Positions 1 to 10,203 of a stretch of DNA of 64,000 nucleotides are shown here, piece after piece (within the stretch, counting starts at the first letter, position 1; the number at the start of each line of letters is the position of its first letter). Below the pieces are notes generated by a model. The model was not told where the DNA came from. It saw only the letters and a program-made list of their open reading frames with translations, and searched no databases. This DNA is from an uncultured delta proteobacterium. Lineage in GTDB: Bacteria; Desulfobacterota; RBG-13-43-22. The translations under genes were made by a program, and so were the position numbers. The stretch is taken from assembly GCA_963711835.1 (NCBI GenBank), contig CAVQFQ010000016.1:64001-128000 (forward strand), read 5' to 3'.

Positions 1-675
1 TTCTCCGGCCGAATGGAGGCTTTCGTGGGGAAAGCCGAAGATATCATAGGCAATCTGTTTGGTATTAAGGCCGTGATAGCGTTTATCCAATTTTTTAAGG
101 GTCCGGCCGAAGAGTCTTTCTCCCCAGGCCACCCGCTTATCAATGTCATCTCCTCCAAGCCATTTGCAGGCCATTTGTTTGGAGCGCAGGATGCGCCGGC
201 TGTAGCTGTTGTACAGACTGACAATGACCAGGCCCCCCGGTTTGGTAACCCGAACCAGGTGCTTGAAACCCCGGAAAGGATCTCCGGTGTGATGGAGTAC
301 TCCCACCGAAAAACTGTAATCAAAACTGTTGTCCGGAAAATCCAGATTTAAGATATCTTTTTTAATAAATTCCACATGCTCCAGATGTTCTTCTTCCTTC
401 CTCCTCCGGGCAACGGCCAGAGACCCTTCGGAGAGATCGACGCCGGTCACTTTCCCCGCCCCCTTCAGGGCATACCAGAGGGCATATTCTCCTGTTCCGC
501 AGCCCATATCCAGTACCTGTTTGCCTTGATAGTCTTCCGGGACGACTCCGAGACATTTCAGGCGCCAGCCCATTTCTTCATCGGCGTTGCGTCCCATAGG
601 CCAGGGATGTTCGGAGTACATCCCGACCACGGTTTCCTGGATTTTTTTAATCTCTGCTGAAAGTTGTTCCGTCAA
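1..675 (-). CDS. Class I SAM-dependent methyltransferase (partial, runs off window start)
   Basis: Not in the ORF track. Manual translation from TTG at 675 is open to base 1: MTEQLSAEIKKIQE...VLDMGCGTGEYALW...VTGVDLSEGSL...FPDNSFDYSFSVGVLHHTGDP...TKPGG. AAGGGG RBS upstream. Confidence 0.9.
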   Translation of the reverse strand, partial: MTEQLSAEIKKIQETVVGMYSEHPWPMGRNADEEMGWRLKCLGVVPEDYQGKQVLDMGCGTGEYALWYALKGAGKVTGVDLSEGSLAVARRRKEEEHLEHVEFIKKDILNLDFPDNSFDYSFSVGVLHHTGDPFRGFKHLVRVTKPGGLVIVSLYNSYSRRILRSKQMACKWLGGDDIDKRVAWGERLFGRTLKKLDKRYHGLNTKQIAYDIFGFPHESLHSAGE

Positions 676-706
676 TTACGCTACCCCCTTGGTTTTCCCA
701 AAAGTC

Positions 707-1471
707 CTATCGTCCCGGCCCCGTCAGACCCTCGCTCCCTCTGACCCGGATGATTTTGGCCGGATTTCCCAAAGCTACGGCAAAAGGCGGGAGATCCTTG
801 GTGACTACCGAACCGGCGCCGATGATGCAATCGTTCCCCACGGTCACCCCGTCCAGGATGACGGTATTGGCCCCGATCCAACAGTTTTTCCCAATATGGA
901 TCCCGCCTTTCAAGTCCATCCCCTGTTCGCTGATGGGAACCTCGGTTTTTTCAAAATGATAGTTGCTTCCTCCGGCCAGGTAGACCATAGGCCCGATCAC
1001 GACCTGATCCTCCACCACCACCCGGCTGATATCCACGGCATGGATGATACAATGGGGGCTGATCCCCACATGATCCCCGATCAGAATATCGGAATTCTTG
1101 CAGCCCAATATGGAATGGCGGCCGATCATGCAGGACTTGCCGAGGGAAATCCCCTGATTCGTGCCCCCTTTGGCATCCAGAACACAGCCGTCGTCAAAGA
1201 TGCATTGATCTCCGATTCGGATCTTTTGAGGATAACGAATCACCAGGTTACTTCCCCAGACAATCCCTTTTCCGCAGTACGAGATCATCAAAGGGTAAAA
1301 CAACTTCCGAGCCATCAGCCCCAAAGCGCCCGGCACTCCGGCCATGAGATTAATGAAAATTTCATACTTGAAAAGTTCCCAAAGAGAACGGCTGCCGGTT
1401 ACGTATTCCTGGTAAAGGGCCAAAGAACCCTTTTTCAGATAATAATCTTGAATTTTTTCATAGCCGGCCAT
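707..1471 (-). CDS. Hexapeptide-repeat (LbH) O-acyltransferase
   Basis: LbH repeats (IHIGKNCWIGANTVILDGVTVGNDCIIGAGSVV) and GNPAKII end. Start placed at ATG 1471; the ORF extends to 1555. Confidence 0.88.
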   Translation of the reverse strand: MAGYEKIQDYYLKKGSLALYQEYVTGSRSLWELFKYEIFINLMAGVPGALGLMARKLFYPLMISYCGKGIVWGSNLVIRYPQKIRIGDQCIFDDGCVLDAKGGTNQGISLGKSCMIGRHSILGCKNSDILIGDHVGISPHCIIHAVDISRVVVEDQVVIGPMVYLAGGSNYHFEKTEVPISEQGMDLKGGIHIGKNCWIGANTVILDGVTVGNDCIIGAGSVVTKDLPPFAVALGNPAKIIRVRGSEGLTGPGR

Positions 1472-1633
1472 GGCGGGTTTTAAGCCATCCTTATTGAAAA
1501 CTTGTAGGACCTGGGAATTTTTGGTAAGACTATTATGAATTCCGAGGGCTGTCAAGACTGAAGAAGCCTTTAAGGGCGGGAGCAGCCCCGAATCGGATCA
1601 TCATTAAATCCATAGGATCGGCCCTTTTACCCC

Positions 1634-4000
1634 ATGCAGATCGCAGCCTTCTTGGCCATAGGGCTTTTAGCCTTACTTGTTCGCCTCCCCTTTTTGAAGA
1701 ACCTCCCTTTTGACTCCGACCAGGCCATCGTGGGCTTGATGGGGCTTCACGTCCTTAAAGGCGAATTCCCCGTTCTCTATTATGGGGATTCTTATGGAGG
1801 GGCTTTGGAACCCTTCTTAGCCTCCGTGGTTTTTCTCCTCTTCGGAGCCGACCGCTTCTGGCTGCATGGCGTCTCCCTCCTGTTTACCCTGCTCTTTATC
1901 ATTTCCGTCTATCAGTTGGGATCCGAACTCTTCAACCGGGTCGTGGGCTTGTGGGCCATGCTGACGGCCTCCCTGCCTCTGTTCTATGTGGCCCTTTATT
2001 CGTCGATGGCCTATGGGGGCTATATGGAAATTCTCTGGTTGGGGAATCTCATCCTGATTTGCAGCCACCGCTGGTCCGGACGGTCGGGATCCAAACCACC
2101 GGCTCCTTATTCCCTTTTCATCCTGGGTTTTTTATGGGGGCTGTCCTGGTGGACCTATCCCCTGAGCCTGGTCTATCTGCTTACCAGTTTATTGTTTATG
2201 GTTTGGGTCGATAGGTCCTTTATCCTTAAAGGCAGGTGCCTTTGGACCGGACCGGGGTTTTTCCTGGGAAGCCTCCCGTTTTGGCTCTGGAACCTCAAGC
2301 ATGGTTTTCCTTTCTTTTCCTTTGTTCACTCGGCCGAGGGGGTCCCCTATCGCCAAAAGATCTCCGCCATCCTATTTACTTTTTTTGAATTTTTCGGGTA
2401 CCGCCCCGGGGAGGGTCTCTCCTGGGCGGTTTTTCTGTTCCTCCTGCTCATGGTGATCAGCCTGATGTTGCCACTCGTCCGAAGAAAATGGGTCTCCCGC
2501 CGGTTTCCCAACAGCCGACCTACCCTGCTGCTCATCCTCTTCGGTGTTGTCTTTCTGGTTTTATACAGCGGCAGCCGTTTCAGCGAAAAAACGGTTTTGC
2601 GCTATCTCCTGCCCCTTTACTCCCTTTACCCCTTGACTTTAGGCCTCCTTCTTTATTCCCTGAGCAGGCTGACCCGCTGGGGAACCTGGCTCCTTTTGGC
2701 GGGCCTCTTCCTCTTCTTCCTGAACGAATACAACACCTTTTATTCTTTGATACAAAGGCAGGCCGTTAAAAACCAACAGCAGTCTCAAGTAGAAAAAGCC
2801 ATGAACAGCTTTTTAAAGGAAAAACAAATCACCACCAGCTATGCCCCCGAATACTGGAGCGCGGCCCAGTTGACTTTTGACGCCCGGGAGGAATGTCTCT
2901 TCGCCCAGCCCTTCAACGACCGCTACCCTTATTATACCTTCCTGGCCGATGCCTCCCCCAATCCGGCTTTTGTCCTGGAGGGCAAGCACCCCCAAAGTTT
3001 TGAGGAGATGTTATCCGCTATGGGCGGCGCCGGTCAAAATAAACTCTTTGCCTTCCATCAGGGGATAAAAGGTATCGTGGTTCAATACGGGTTTCAGCTT
3101 CCGGAAAAATCCTCCCTTGAAATTTTTCCCCGGCAGTGGAGAAGCACCAGCAACAGCAATCCCGAAACATCACAGAAAGCCTTTGACCGCAACCGGGCCA
3201 CCTATTGGACCTCGGGCCGTCCGCAACAGCCAGGGTTGTTTTATCAGTTGGATTTAGGCCAAGCCTATCGGCTTGATCGCTTGGTCCTCCTGGCTGCCAA
3301 AGGGAAGGAATGGGATTTCCCAGCCGCTTACCAGGTGGAATTGTCTCAGGATCTGCGTAACTGGAACCCCATCGTCTGGGTCCCCCATCAATGGGCCTAT
3401 CTTTTCTGGTCCCTGGATCACCCGGTCTGGAAGCTGCGGGAGGGGCGGATCGAAATAGACCTCCAGGCTCAGGAGGCCCGCTATATAAAAATCACCCTGA
3501 CCGGTTCAACCCGATACTACTGGGCCATAGGGGAGATCTTTGTCTATCGTCAGGAGAAGGCCGCTCAACAGCAGACGCTGAATTTGAAGGAACTCCTGGC
3601 TTTTCTGGACCAAGAGAAAATCCGCCGTCTCTATGCCGATGTCGTCCTTTCCGCCAGGATTACCCAAGCCACCCTGGGAAAAGTCAAGTGCCTCATGGAC
3701 GAATACGATATGAGCCGGGCCATGGACTACAAAACAAATGGCTACAACGACCCCTTTCCCTATTTAAATGACTTAAAAAGACTAGTTGATTTTTCCCAAT
3801 CTCCAGCTTTCATCATCAAAAGGGAAAACGCCCCGGCCCTGGAAAAAGTTTTAGAAAGCCGAAAGGCCTCCACCATTAACCGGTCTTTCGGCGATCATCT
3901 GCTTTATTATCAATTGAAATTCCCTGCCTCCCCGGGTGCCGGCCAAAAACAGGACAAGCCCTCCCTCTACTGGACTGGAACCCATCTCTTGGCTTATTAA
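1634..4000 (+). CDS. GT-C fold (ArnT/PMT-like) membrane glycosyltransferase with C-terminal discoidin (F5/8 type C) domain
   Basis: PFDSDQAIVGLMG...YYGDSYGGALE loop, many TM helices, then KAFDRNRATYWTS...YQLDLG...ARYIKITLT...WAIGEIFVY discoidin signature. Confidence 0.8.
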   Translation: MQIAAFLAIGLLALLVRLPFLKNLPFDSDQAIVGLMGLHVLKGEFPVLYYGDSYGGALEPFLASVVFLLFGADRFWLHGVSLLFTLLFIISVYQLGSELFNRVVGLWAMLTASLPLFYVALYSSMAYGGYMEILWLGNLILICSHRWSGRSGSKPPAPYSLFILGFLWGLSWWTYPLSLVYLLTSLLFMVWVDRSFILKGRCLWTGPGFFLGSLPFWLWNLKHGFPFFSFVHSAEGVPYRQKISAILFTFFEFFGYRPGEGLSWAVFLFLLLMVISLMLPLVRRKWVSRRFPNSRPTLLLILFGVVFLVLYSGSRFSEKTVLRYLLPLYSLYPLTLGLLLYSLSRLTRWGTWLLLAGLFLFFLNEYNTFYSLIQRQAVKNQQQSQVEKAMNSFLKEKQITTSYAPEYWSAAQLTFDAREECLFAQPFNDRYPYYTFLADASPNPAFVLEGKHPQSFEEMLSAMGGAGQNKLFAFHQGIKGIVVQYGFQLPEKSSLEIFPRQWRSTSNSNPETSQKAFDRNRATYWTSGRPQQPGLFYQLDLGQAYRLDRLVLLAAKGKEWDFPAAYQVELSQDLRNWNPIVWVPHQWAYLFWSLDHPVWKLREGRIEIDLQAQEARYIKITLTGSTRYYWAIGEIFVYRQEKAAQQQTLNLKELLAFLDQEKIRRLYADVVLSARITQATLGKVKCLMDEYDMSRAMDYKTNGYNDPFPYLNDLKRLVDFSQSPAFIIKRENAPALEKVLESRKASTINRSFGDHLLYYQLKFPASPGAGQKQDKPSLYWTGTHLLAY

Positions 4001-4094
4001 CAATCTAAAATGCGGACTGATCCTCGATGTCCGGGCACTAAGGTCCTAATACTTTCGAAGCCCCAAACAAAATAAAATGACCAATATCCAAATT

Positions 4095-4141
4095 CACCCC
4101 CACCCCTTCCCTCCCCCCTCCGAGGGGGAGGGTGAGGGAGG
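4095..4141. repeat. REP-like palindrome (CCCTCCCC..GGGGAGGG family)
   Basis: ccctcccccct-ccg-agggggaggg hairpin flanked by C-rich and G-rich arms. Related copies at 20236, 20291, 30647, 33878 and 34017. Confidence 0.6.
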
Positions 4142-4163
4142 ATTTCTGATTTAGTTCAAACTT

Positions 4164-4847
4164 TCAATTTTTTTTTCGACTCGTTCGGGCAGGAAAAAGA
4201 AGAGGAAACAATACCAAGGGGACCAGGATAAAGGCGGCATAGTGACTCAGTTGCAGGAAAAAATCCGAAACCTTATAGGCCAAGGAACTCCAGGGGGCTA
4301 AGGGAAAAGAAAGCAGGGATAGTTTCTCGCGCTGCCCTTCCGGTGAAATCCAGAAAAAATCCAGGTAGGCCTCTCCACCCAGGTTCTGATGAATAATTTC
4401 TACAAAATGGAGCCCTTTTTTCAGGAATACAAAATCCCTCAATTCCCTCCGACCATGAACCCCTCCATTATCCAAGACCCTCTCCCCGTCTATCCAAATC
4501 CAGGACCCATCATCCGATTCGCTTCCGATCCAGTACAGGCCGGGCCTTTTTATTTCCCAGAGACCCATGACCCGGACCTCAAAACGATCATAATCCCAGT
4601 GAGAGTCTCCTTGGCGAGTCAGGGGAAGATTGATGGCTGTTTTAAAATGCCGGCTTGAAGCGTCTCTCTCATAAACAGTCGCTCTGCCTTCCAGCCCCGG
4701 GGAAGAGGCGTTGAAAAGCAGCGCCCAGCCAAGATGAAAGCCGCTGACTGTCCAGCCTATAAACAGAGAAATAATCCAGAAGCTGGCCGGGAGGGCAACC
4801 CACCGCCCCGGATGTTTTTTAAAACTCTGGGAAAAAAATCCGGCCAC
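4164..4847 (-). CDS. PA14 (carbohydrate-binding) domain membrane protein
   Basis: SESDDGSWIWIDGERVLDNGGVHG...LKKGLHFVEI...GGEAYLDFFW PA14 motif between TM segments. Confidence 0.85.
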   Translation of the reverse strand: MAGFFSQSFKKHPGRWVALPASFWIISLFIGWTVSGFHLGWALLFNASSPGLEGRATVYERDASSRHFKTAINLPLTRQGDSHWDYDRFEVRVMGLWEIKRPGLYWIGSESDDGSWIWIDGERVLDNGGVHGRRELRDFVFLKKGLHFVEIIHQNLGGEAYLDFFWISPEGQREKLSLLSFPLAPWSSLAYKVSDFFLQLSHYAAFILVPLVLFPLLFPARTSRKKN

Positions 4848-4848
4848 G

Positions 4849-6784
4849 TTAAGAGGCCAATCCCGTCTTAAGAATGGTTATTTCGGGATTCGCATAGACC
4901 ATGATAAAAGATTGTTTAAAAAGGTCCAGGTCCAGGTGATGCTCTTCCATAAATTGGCTTTCAATGGGTCCTAGTGACTATATACTGAACCTGGTATTTT
5001 TTGATGAAATTTTCTCTCATCGCCCGGTCGGTGGAGGAAAAAAATTGCTCCACCTCCTCTCTCCATCGGATCAGGTTCTTTTCATTCTCATAGCGGTCCA
5101 GGTGCCAGGAGATCCCATAGACGACGACCCTCTCCCCCAGCCCTTCAACGGTTTCCAATGCTTCCCGGTTATCAGGCAGGACGACAAAGGTGCTCTTGGA
5201 AGGGGTGAAGGTCCTGATAAAATTACCGGCCGCCCTTTGTTCCCGGCTGAAGGTTCCTTCCCAGCCGGTTTCGATTCGATAGGCCACCTCGTTTATATAA
5301 GGGGGCAAAAGGATGCCCCCCAGGATTAAAAAAATCAGGACCCGGTATTTCAGGCGTAGGATGTTTAAGGTGCTCAGCCCGATCCCCCCCAGGAGTGCGA
5401 TATAAAGACTGTTCGGCAGAAGGAAATGACAGGGATGATTTAATCCTCCCGAACCCAGCAGACTTAAGGTCATATACGGGAGGGAAAAGGGCAGGAGCCA
5501 TTGACGGGCCGGTCCCGAAAAGACCAGGGCCATGAAGACGAAAGGCAGGGCCAGCCCATGCAGGCTGAGGATTTCCTCCAGGGCCTTGCCTATAGACTCC
5601 CACTCCTGGTGAAAAATATAAATCGGGGCCTGAGGGGCATCCGGCCGGAAATAAAGATAAAAAGTAAGCAGATAGGGAAGGGGGGTCAAAAAATAGGTCA
5701 GATAGGAAGGGGAGAATTTTTTTTGGAAGATCTGAACCAAGAGAAAAAGGCCAAAGCCTCCTAAAAATCCCAGGATATAAATAGGATGAAAGAAGGGTCC
5801 AATAGCACAAGCCGCCAGAGAAAGGATTAAATCTTGTTTTCTTTTGTCCTCATGATAACGGATTAAAAAGTAAAAGGCCGTCAAAACCGGCAGCAGCCCC
5901 GGCAGGGCATACCATCCCCACAACAGGGAGTAGCCGGTAACGGCGATCAGAAATTCCCAGATCAGACCATATTCGGGGATGAATCCGTTGCCCGCGAGTC
6001 CTTTGAGAATCCAACCCAGGAAACTGCCGAAGGTCAGGAAAAGAACGGCCCCCACTCCGGCCCAGCCATCCCGGGTTATCTTTTGGGTCACCATATAAAT
6101 CAGCCCGAGATAAACGAAACTGAGCAGGCTCGACATGATCTCAAAAACTCTCCAGGTCGAAACACCCCCCAGGCAATGGATTAAAGCATACATAAACCAA
6201 AATCCCCAAGGCTGTTTCAGGGGTAAAAAAGAGGCCTCCGGATTTCGCGGCGGAAAATTCCTAACCAATTCCTGGACGATACCGGAGAGGTAAATCCAGT
6301 CATCGGTGAAGGGGCCCATACGGGTAAGGCCAAGATAGAAAAAAATCCAGAAACAAATGGCTAAAAGGAGTGGGGGTAGAATGGAGACATGGTCATTTTG
6401 ATCATAAAAAGGCTCCTCCTGTCTTTTTCGTTGAAAAAGAATAATCAGGCCAAACAGATTCAAGGAAAAGGCCGTCAGGAAGGGGGTTAGTTTCTGGAGA
6501 AAGATATAACCAGGCAAGACCAGGAAAGGAGAAATTAAAAAACTTAATCCCATGGACCCCACCAGGGCAAAAAATGGATCCCGCCAAATTTTTAGCCTCT
6601 GGCTTAAAAGGTATCCGGGTAAAAATCCAATCCAGATTAAAGAAGCGGTCAGCCGGGTTGGTGGGATTAGAAGCCCCAGATCGGCCAAGGCTATAAGTGT
6701 GAACCCAACAAATAAAGGGCTTGACCGGAGGTTCCCGAAAGAAAGGACCTGATTAATGAATGGCCGGGGGTGCGCTTTTTCCAT
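4849..6784 (-). CDS. Polytopic membrane protein, probable GT-C glycosyltransferase; +1 frameshift near the 3' end
   Basis: 607-aa multi-TM ORF (4961-6784) with a DDWIY loop. Removing one C near 4966 extends it by IESQFMEEHHLDLDLFKQSFIMVYANPEITILKTGLAS* to 4849, next to the following start at 4847. Confidence 0.65.
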
Positions 6785-6984
6785 TAGAGGCAGGCATCCC
6801 CACGAAGGCCTTTAGGGGGTTGGCTCCTGACTTGACTTTCCTCGAAGAAATCCAATTCGTACCTGGCCCCCAAAAAAACAGGGCACTTATCTGACTGAAC
6901 CATTTTTATTCCTGGCAAATAAACGCGTAATCAACCCAATAAATTTCTTGACAGATGGTCCATTTTAGCCCAAAGGAAACCCTT

Positions 6985-8088
6985 ATGGGAAGAGATATTC
7001 GGCTTGATATGATCAGGGGTTTGATTTTAATTTGGATGACGGTCAGCCACCTGGGAGAACCCCTTCGTCGTTATTCCTATGAGGGCCTGGGATTTATTTC
7101 GGTGGCCGAGGCCTTCGTCTTTATTTCGGGTTTGGTGGCCGGCATGGTTTATACCCGCATGGCCGAGCGGCTTTCCTACCAAGCCCTGAGCACGAGGGCC
7201 CGTCATAGGGCCAGAGACATCTATGGCTACCATCTATCGGTTTATCTGCTCATCCTGGTTCTGGTGAACGTAATCCAGGCCTTTTCTGATTCTTGGGGGC
7301 CGCGGTTTCCCCTTTTTACCGAATCTCCTCTAAAGGCCCTGGGCTTTGGCATCGTATTATTGTACCAACCCACGCTCATGGATATCCTGCCCATGTACTG
7401 CCTTTATATTTTATTCACTCCCCTTATTATTGATTGCTTCCAAAAAAATCGAACCGGACGTGTCTTTCTGGTCAGCCTGTCGGGATGGATCGTCTCCCAA
7501 TTCGGTATCTGGGGATGGATCCACCATGAAGCCATCCTAAAAGTCATTCCCTTAAACCTGGGTATTTTTGATTTTTTTGCCTGGCAATTCCTATTTATTG
7601 TTGGGCTGTGGTTTGGGTTTAAAAGACAAAAGGGGTATTCCTTTCCTTTTCTTCAAAAAAGACACCTCATCCTAGTCTGCTTTTTAGGGAGCCTGTTTTT
7701 TTTCCTGTTTAAACACCATTTGGTCCTGGATAATCTTTTCAAGTTAGATCTATACCCCTGGTTGGGAAGGCAATCTTTGGGTCCTCTCCGGCTGGTCAAT
7801 TTTTTTATGATCGTTTATCTCGTAACCGTTATTTCGGTCCGATTAAAAAGATACCTGGAATGGCGAGCCCTGGCTTTTCTGGGACAGCATTCCCTGCAAG
7901 TCTTTACCTTTCATGTCCTCCTGGTCTATTTGATGCTCACTTTCTATTATCGTCTCATCCCCCTGAGTTGGGTGATAATTATTCTTTTTAATTTGGTCGT
8001 CATCGCTGCCTTATTTATTCCTGCCTGGATCCATAGCCGTTATCGAAAAGAGACCAAAAAATTAGCCAAAGCCGACACCGTTGAGTGA
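6985..8088 (+). CDS. opgC: OpgC-domain protein (glucan succinyl/acyltransferase-like)
   Basis: RDIRLDMIRGL...SVAEAFVFISG...DILPMY...FFAWQFLF...LGPLRL...LGQHSLQVF, the OpgC family pattern. Confidence 0.82.
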   Translation: MGRDIRLDMIRGLILIWMTVSHLGEPLRRYSYEGLGFISVAEAFVFISGLVAGMVYTRMAERLSYQALSTRARHRARDIYGYHLSVYLLILVLVNVIQAFSDSWGPRFPLFTESPLKALGFGIVLLYQPTLMDILPMYCLYILFTPLIIDCFQKNRTGRVFLVSLSGWIVSQFGIWGWIHHEAILKVIPLNLGIFDFFAWQFLFIVGLWFGFKRQKGYSFPFLQKRHLILVCFLGSLFFFLFKHHLVLDNLFKLDLYPWLGRQSLGPLRLVNFFMIVYLVTVISVRLKRYLEWRALAFLGQHSLQVFTFHVLLVYLMLTFYYRLIPLSWVIIILFNLVVIAALFIPAWIHSRYRKETKKLAKADTVE

Positions 8089-8201
8089 TCCCTCTTTCAG
8101 CATCGCCGGCTTTCAATCTATAAAATATTTCACAAAATTATTATTGACAACTTATTGAATTGGAAAGAAAATAGTTCAAAACTATTTAAAAGGAGGAAAC
8201 T

Positions 8202-8402
8202 ATGGCACCAGCAAAAAAACCGGCGGCTAAAAAGACCGCGCTTAAACCGGCTCAAAAAGCCTCTTCCCGGGTAGGGAGCAAGTATGCCTGCAGCGATTGC
8301 GGCCTGGTTTTGGTGGTTGATGCAGATTGCGGTTGCGCCACGGTGGATCTGGTTTGCTGCGGCACGCCGATGAAGAAAAAAAGGGCGGCCTGCAAAAAAT
8401 AA
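8202..8402 (+). CDS. Small basic Cys-rich protein (PAKK tail plus desulforedoxin-like CxxC...CC metal site)
   Basis: AGGAGG RBS; YACSDCGLVLVVDADCGC...LVCCGTPMKKK. Confidence 0.8.
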   Translation: MAPAKKPAAKKTALKPAQKASSRVGSKYACSDCGLVLVVDADCGCATVDLVCCGTPMKKKRAACKK

Positions 8403-8521
8403 CCCCAGAGGCAATAGGTTATAGGGTTAAAACATTCCTTTAAAATTCAGCCTTTCGATTTTATCTGTTTTGCAAAACCGGCAGGGTTGATGTTTCTTTT
8501 GCGAAGAAGGGACTAAAGATA

Positions 8522-8552
8522 ACCGGCGATCCGCCAAAGGCGGACCGCCGGT
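8522..8552 (-). terminator. GC-rich hairpin downstream of the rhodanese gene
   Basis: accggcg-a-tccgcc-aaa-ggcgga-c-cgccggt between convergent genes. Confidence 0.5.
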
Positions 8553-8577
8553 CTAGAGGGAAGGTTGAGAGAGAGGT

Positions 8578-9945
8578 TTATTTATAACAGCAGAAAAATT
8601 CTTTGCCTTTTACGGCAATTTTATCATTCAGGAATCGGGCCTTGTAACCGCCGGCATTCCGGATAATATGGTAGCTCATTTCAGCCCGCAGACCTGTTTC
8701 GCAATGAATGATAATCTCTTTATCTTTGGGCAGTTCGGCCAGGCGCCCCTGGAGGCTGTCCAGAGGGATATTGATGGCCCCTTCCAAAACGCCTTCCGAG
8801 GCCTCTTCTTTGTTGCGGACATCCAGAATCAACTTATCCGCCGGGCGCACCTTAACCACATTCATAAACTCGTCGCCGGAGATCTCGCCCGGATGAGGAC
8901 GGGGGATGTAGAATATCGTCGTTCTGACCTCCCCTTTTTGAACGGGCCGATTTTTAGCCAGCCATCCTTCAAAGCCTCCTTCAAGAACCCGGATCCGTGA
9001 ATAACCCCAGGAGGTGATCATTTTTACTGCCGGCTGCAACTCCTTCCAGTCGGATTTGTCGGTGTATAGAATAATCGGGGCTTTTCGGTCGATCGGGAAT
9101 TGAACCTTTTCCTTTTCCAGATTTTTCAGATCCAAGGCCACCGCGCCCTGAATATGGGATTTCTTTGCTGCTTCAACCCCTCTCAGGTCCAATAGGACCA
9201 GGTAGCCCATCATTTGCTCCACAAAAGCACCATCGGTATAAAGGACATTACCTGTTTCACCCCAGACCGGAACGCCGGCATGGAACACCTTGACATTGGT
9301 ATAACCGAGTTTTTCTGCCTTCCTGGCAGCCATAGGACTAAGCACTCAGGTAAATCCCTGGCAGTAAAAAATGACCAATTGATTTTTGTCCTGGGGAAGC
9401 AGATTGGTCAACTTGTCAAAATTAGGGAAGGGCTGATTGACAGCTCCGGGGAGCCGCTCCTCCTGGAAACGGTAGGCCGGCCTGGAATCGAGCAGGGTAA
9501 ATTTTCCTTTCTCAGGCCCCAGATCCACCAGTTTCTTCATTTCCTCCACCGAGAGAATTTGGTTCTCCGGAACCTTGATTTTTGGTTTGACTACAACCTT
9601 ATCCGTATGCAGGCCATCCGGCTTTTCCTCGTAATAAACCTTAACGGACGCTTCAATCGGAATTTCCCTTAGACTGGGGGCATTTTCCACCTTGGTCCGG
9701 GGGTTGTATTTTACGGTCTGGACCTTTGGTCCGACCTTAACGGTAATCAAGCCGGCCAAGCGGGAGTAGGACTGAAAGTCCCCCAAAATCAATTTCTGTT
9801 CAGCCGGATAACTGTGGCAGTTGACACAGTTGGGCGCCCGGAAGGCGGTCACATCGCTCGCCGCCGGGGTTTCGCCGGACAGGTAGAAAAGACCCACCGC
9901 CGGGATCAAGAATCCGATTACATAGGATAGCCATCGCGTTTTCAT
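8578..9945 (-). CDS. Exported heme-c (CxxCH) / multi-rhodanese sulfurtransferase with in-frame UGA (selenocysteine), 455 aa
   Basis: ORFs 9346-9945 and 8578-9345 are in one frame, separated only by TGA at 9346-9348: FYCQGFT-U-VLSPMAARKAEKLGYTNVKVFHAG. Signal/TM segment, CVNCH, three rhodanese domains (last one HCETGLRA). Confidence 0.85.
9315..9329 (-). promoter_or_regulatory. Putative bacterial SECIS hairpin
   Basis: On the minus strand, 16 nt after the UGA: CUGCC-AGGAA-GGCAG stem-loop with G in the loop. Confidence 0.6.
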
Positions 9946-9948
9946 AAT

Positions 9949-10203
9949 TCAGATATTCCTCCTTTTTTGAATGTATAAACTATAGGACCCGCCTTCCCTG
10001 CCGGTCCCAATCAAACACTCGTCAGCCGAACGGGATACCATAGTCAACAGATCATTCCGTACCCCGTCATTATTGACCACGACCTCCAGGACGCCCCCTT
10101 CCGGTATTTCCTTCAATCGTTTTCGAAACTGCAGCAAAGAGATGGGACAATCCAGGTTTCGGATATCCAAAACAAGGTCGGGCCGACAATTAACATCCTT
10201 CAT
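9949..10203 (-). CDS. TusA/SirA family sulfur carrier protein
   Basis: VLDIRNLDCPISLLQFRKRLKEIPEGGVLEVVV...YSLYIQK, a TusA-type CP motif. Confidence 0.85.
   Translation of the reverse strand: MKDVNCRPDLVLDIRNLDCPISLLQFRKRLKEIPEGGVLEVVVNNDGVRNDLLTMVSRSADECLIGTGREGGSYSLYIQKRRNI

Noticed and set aside
587-1483. 298-aa + strand ORF and other long antisense ORFs (e.g. 42271-43143, 51380-51967, 31369-32037, 20333-20962)
   Set aside because: Shadows of well-supported genes on the opposite strand, with no recognisable motifs.
4961-4963. TGA as a second selenocysteine codon (also the TGA ending the mutY 5' fragment at 19491)
   Set aside because: The sensible continuation is in another frame in both cases, so these are frameshifts and not read-through.
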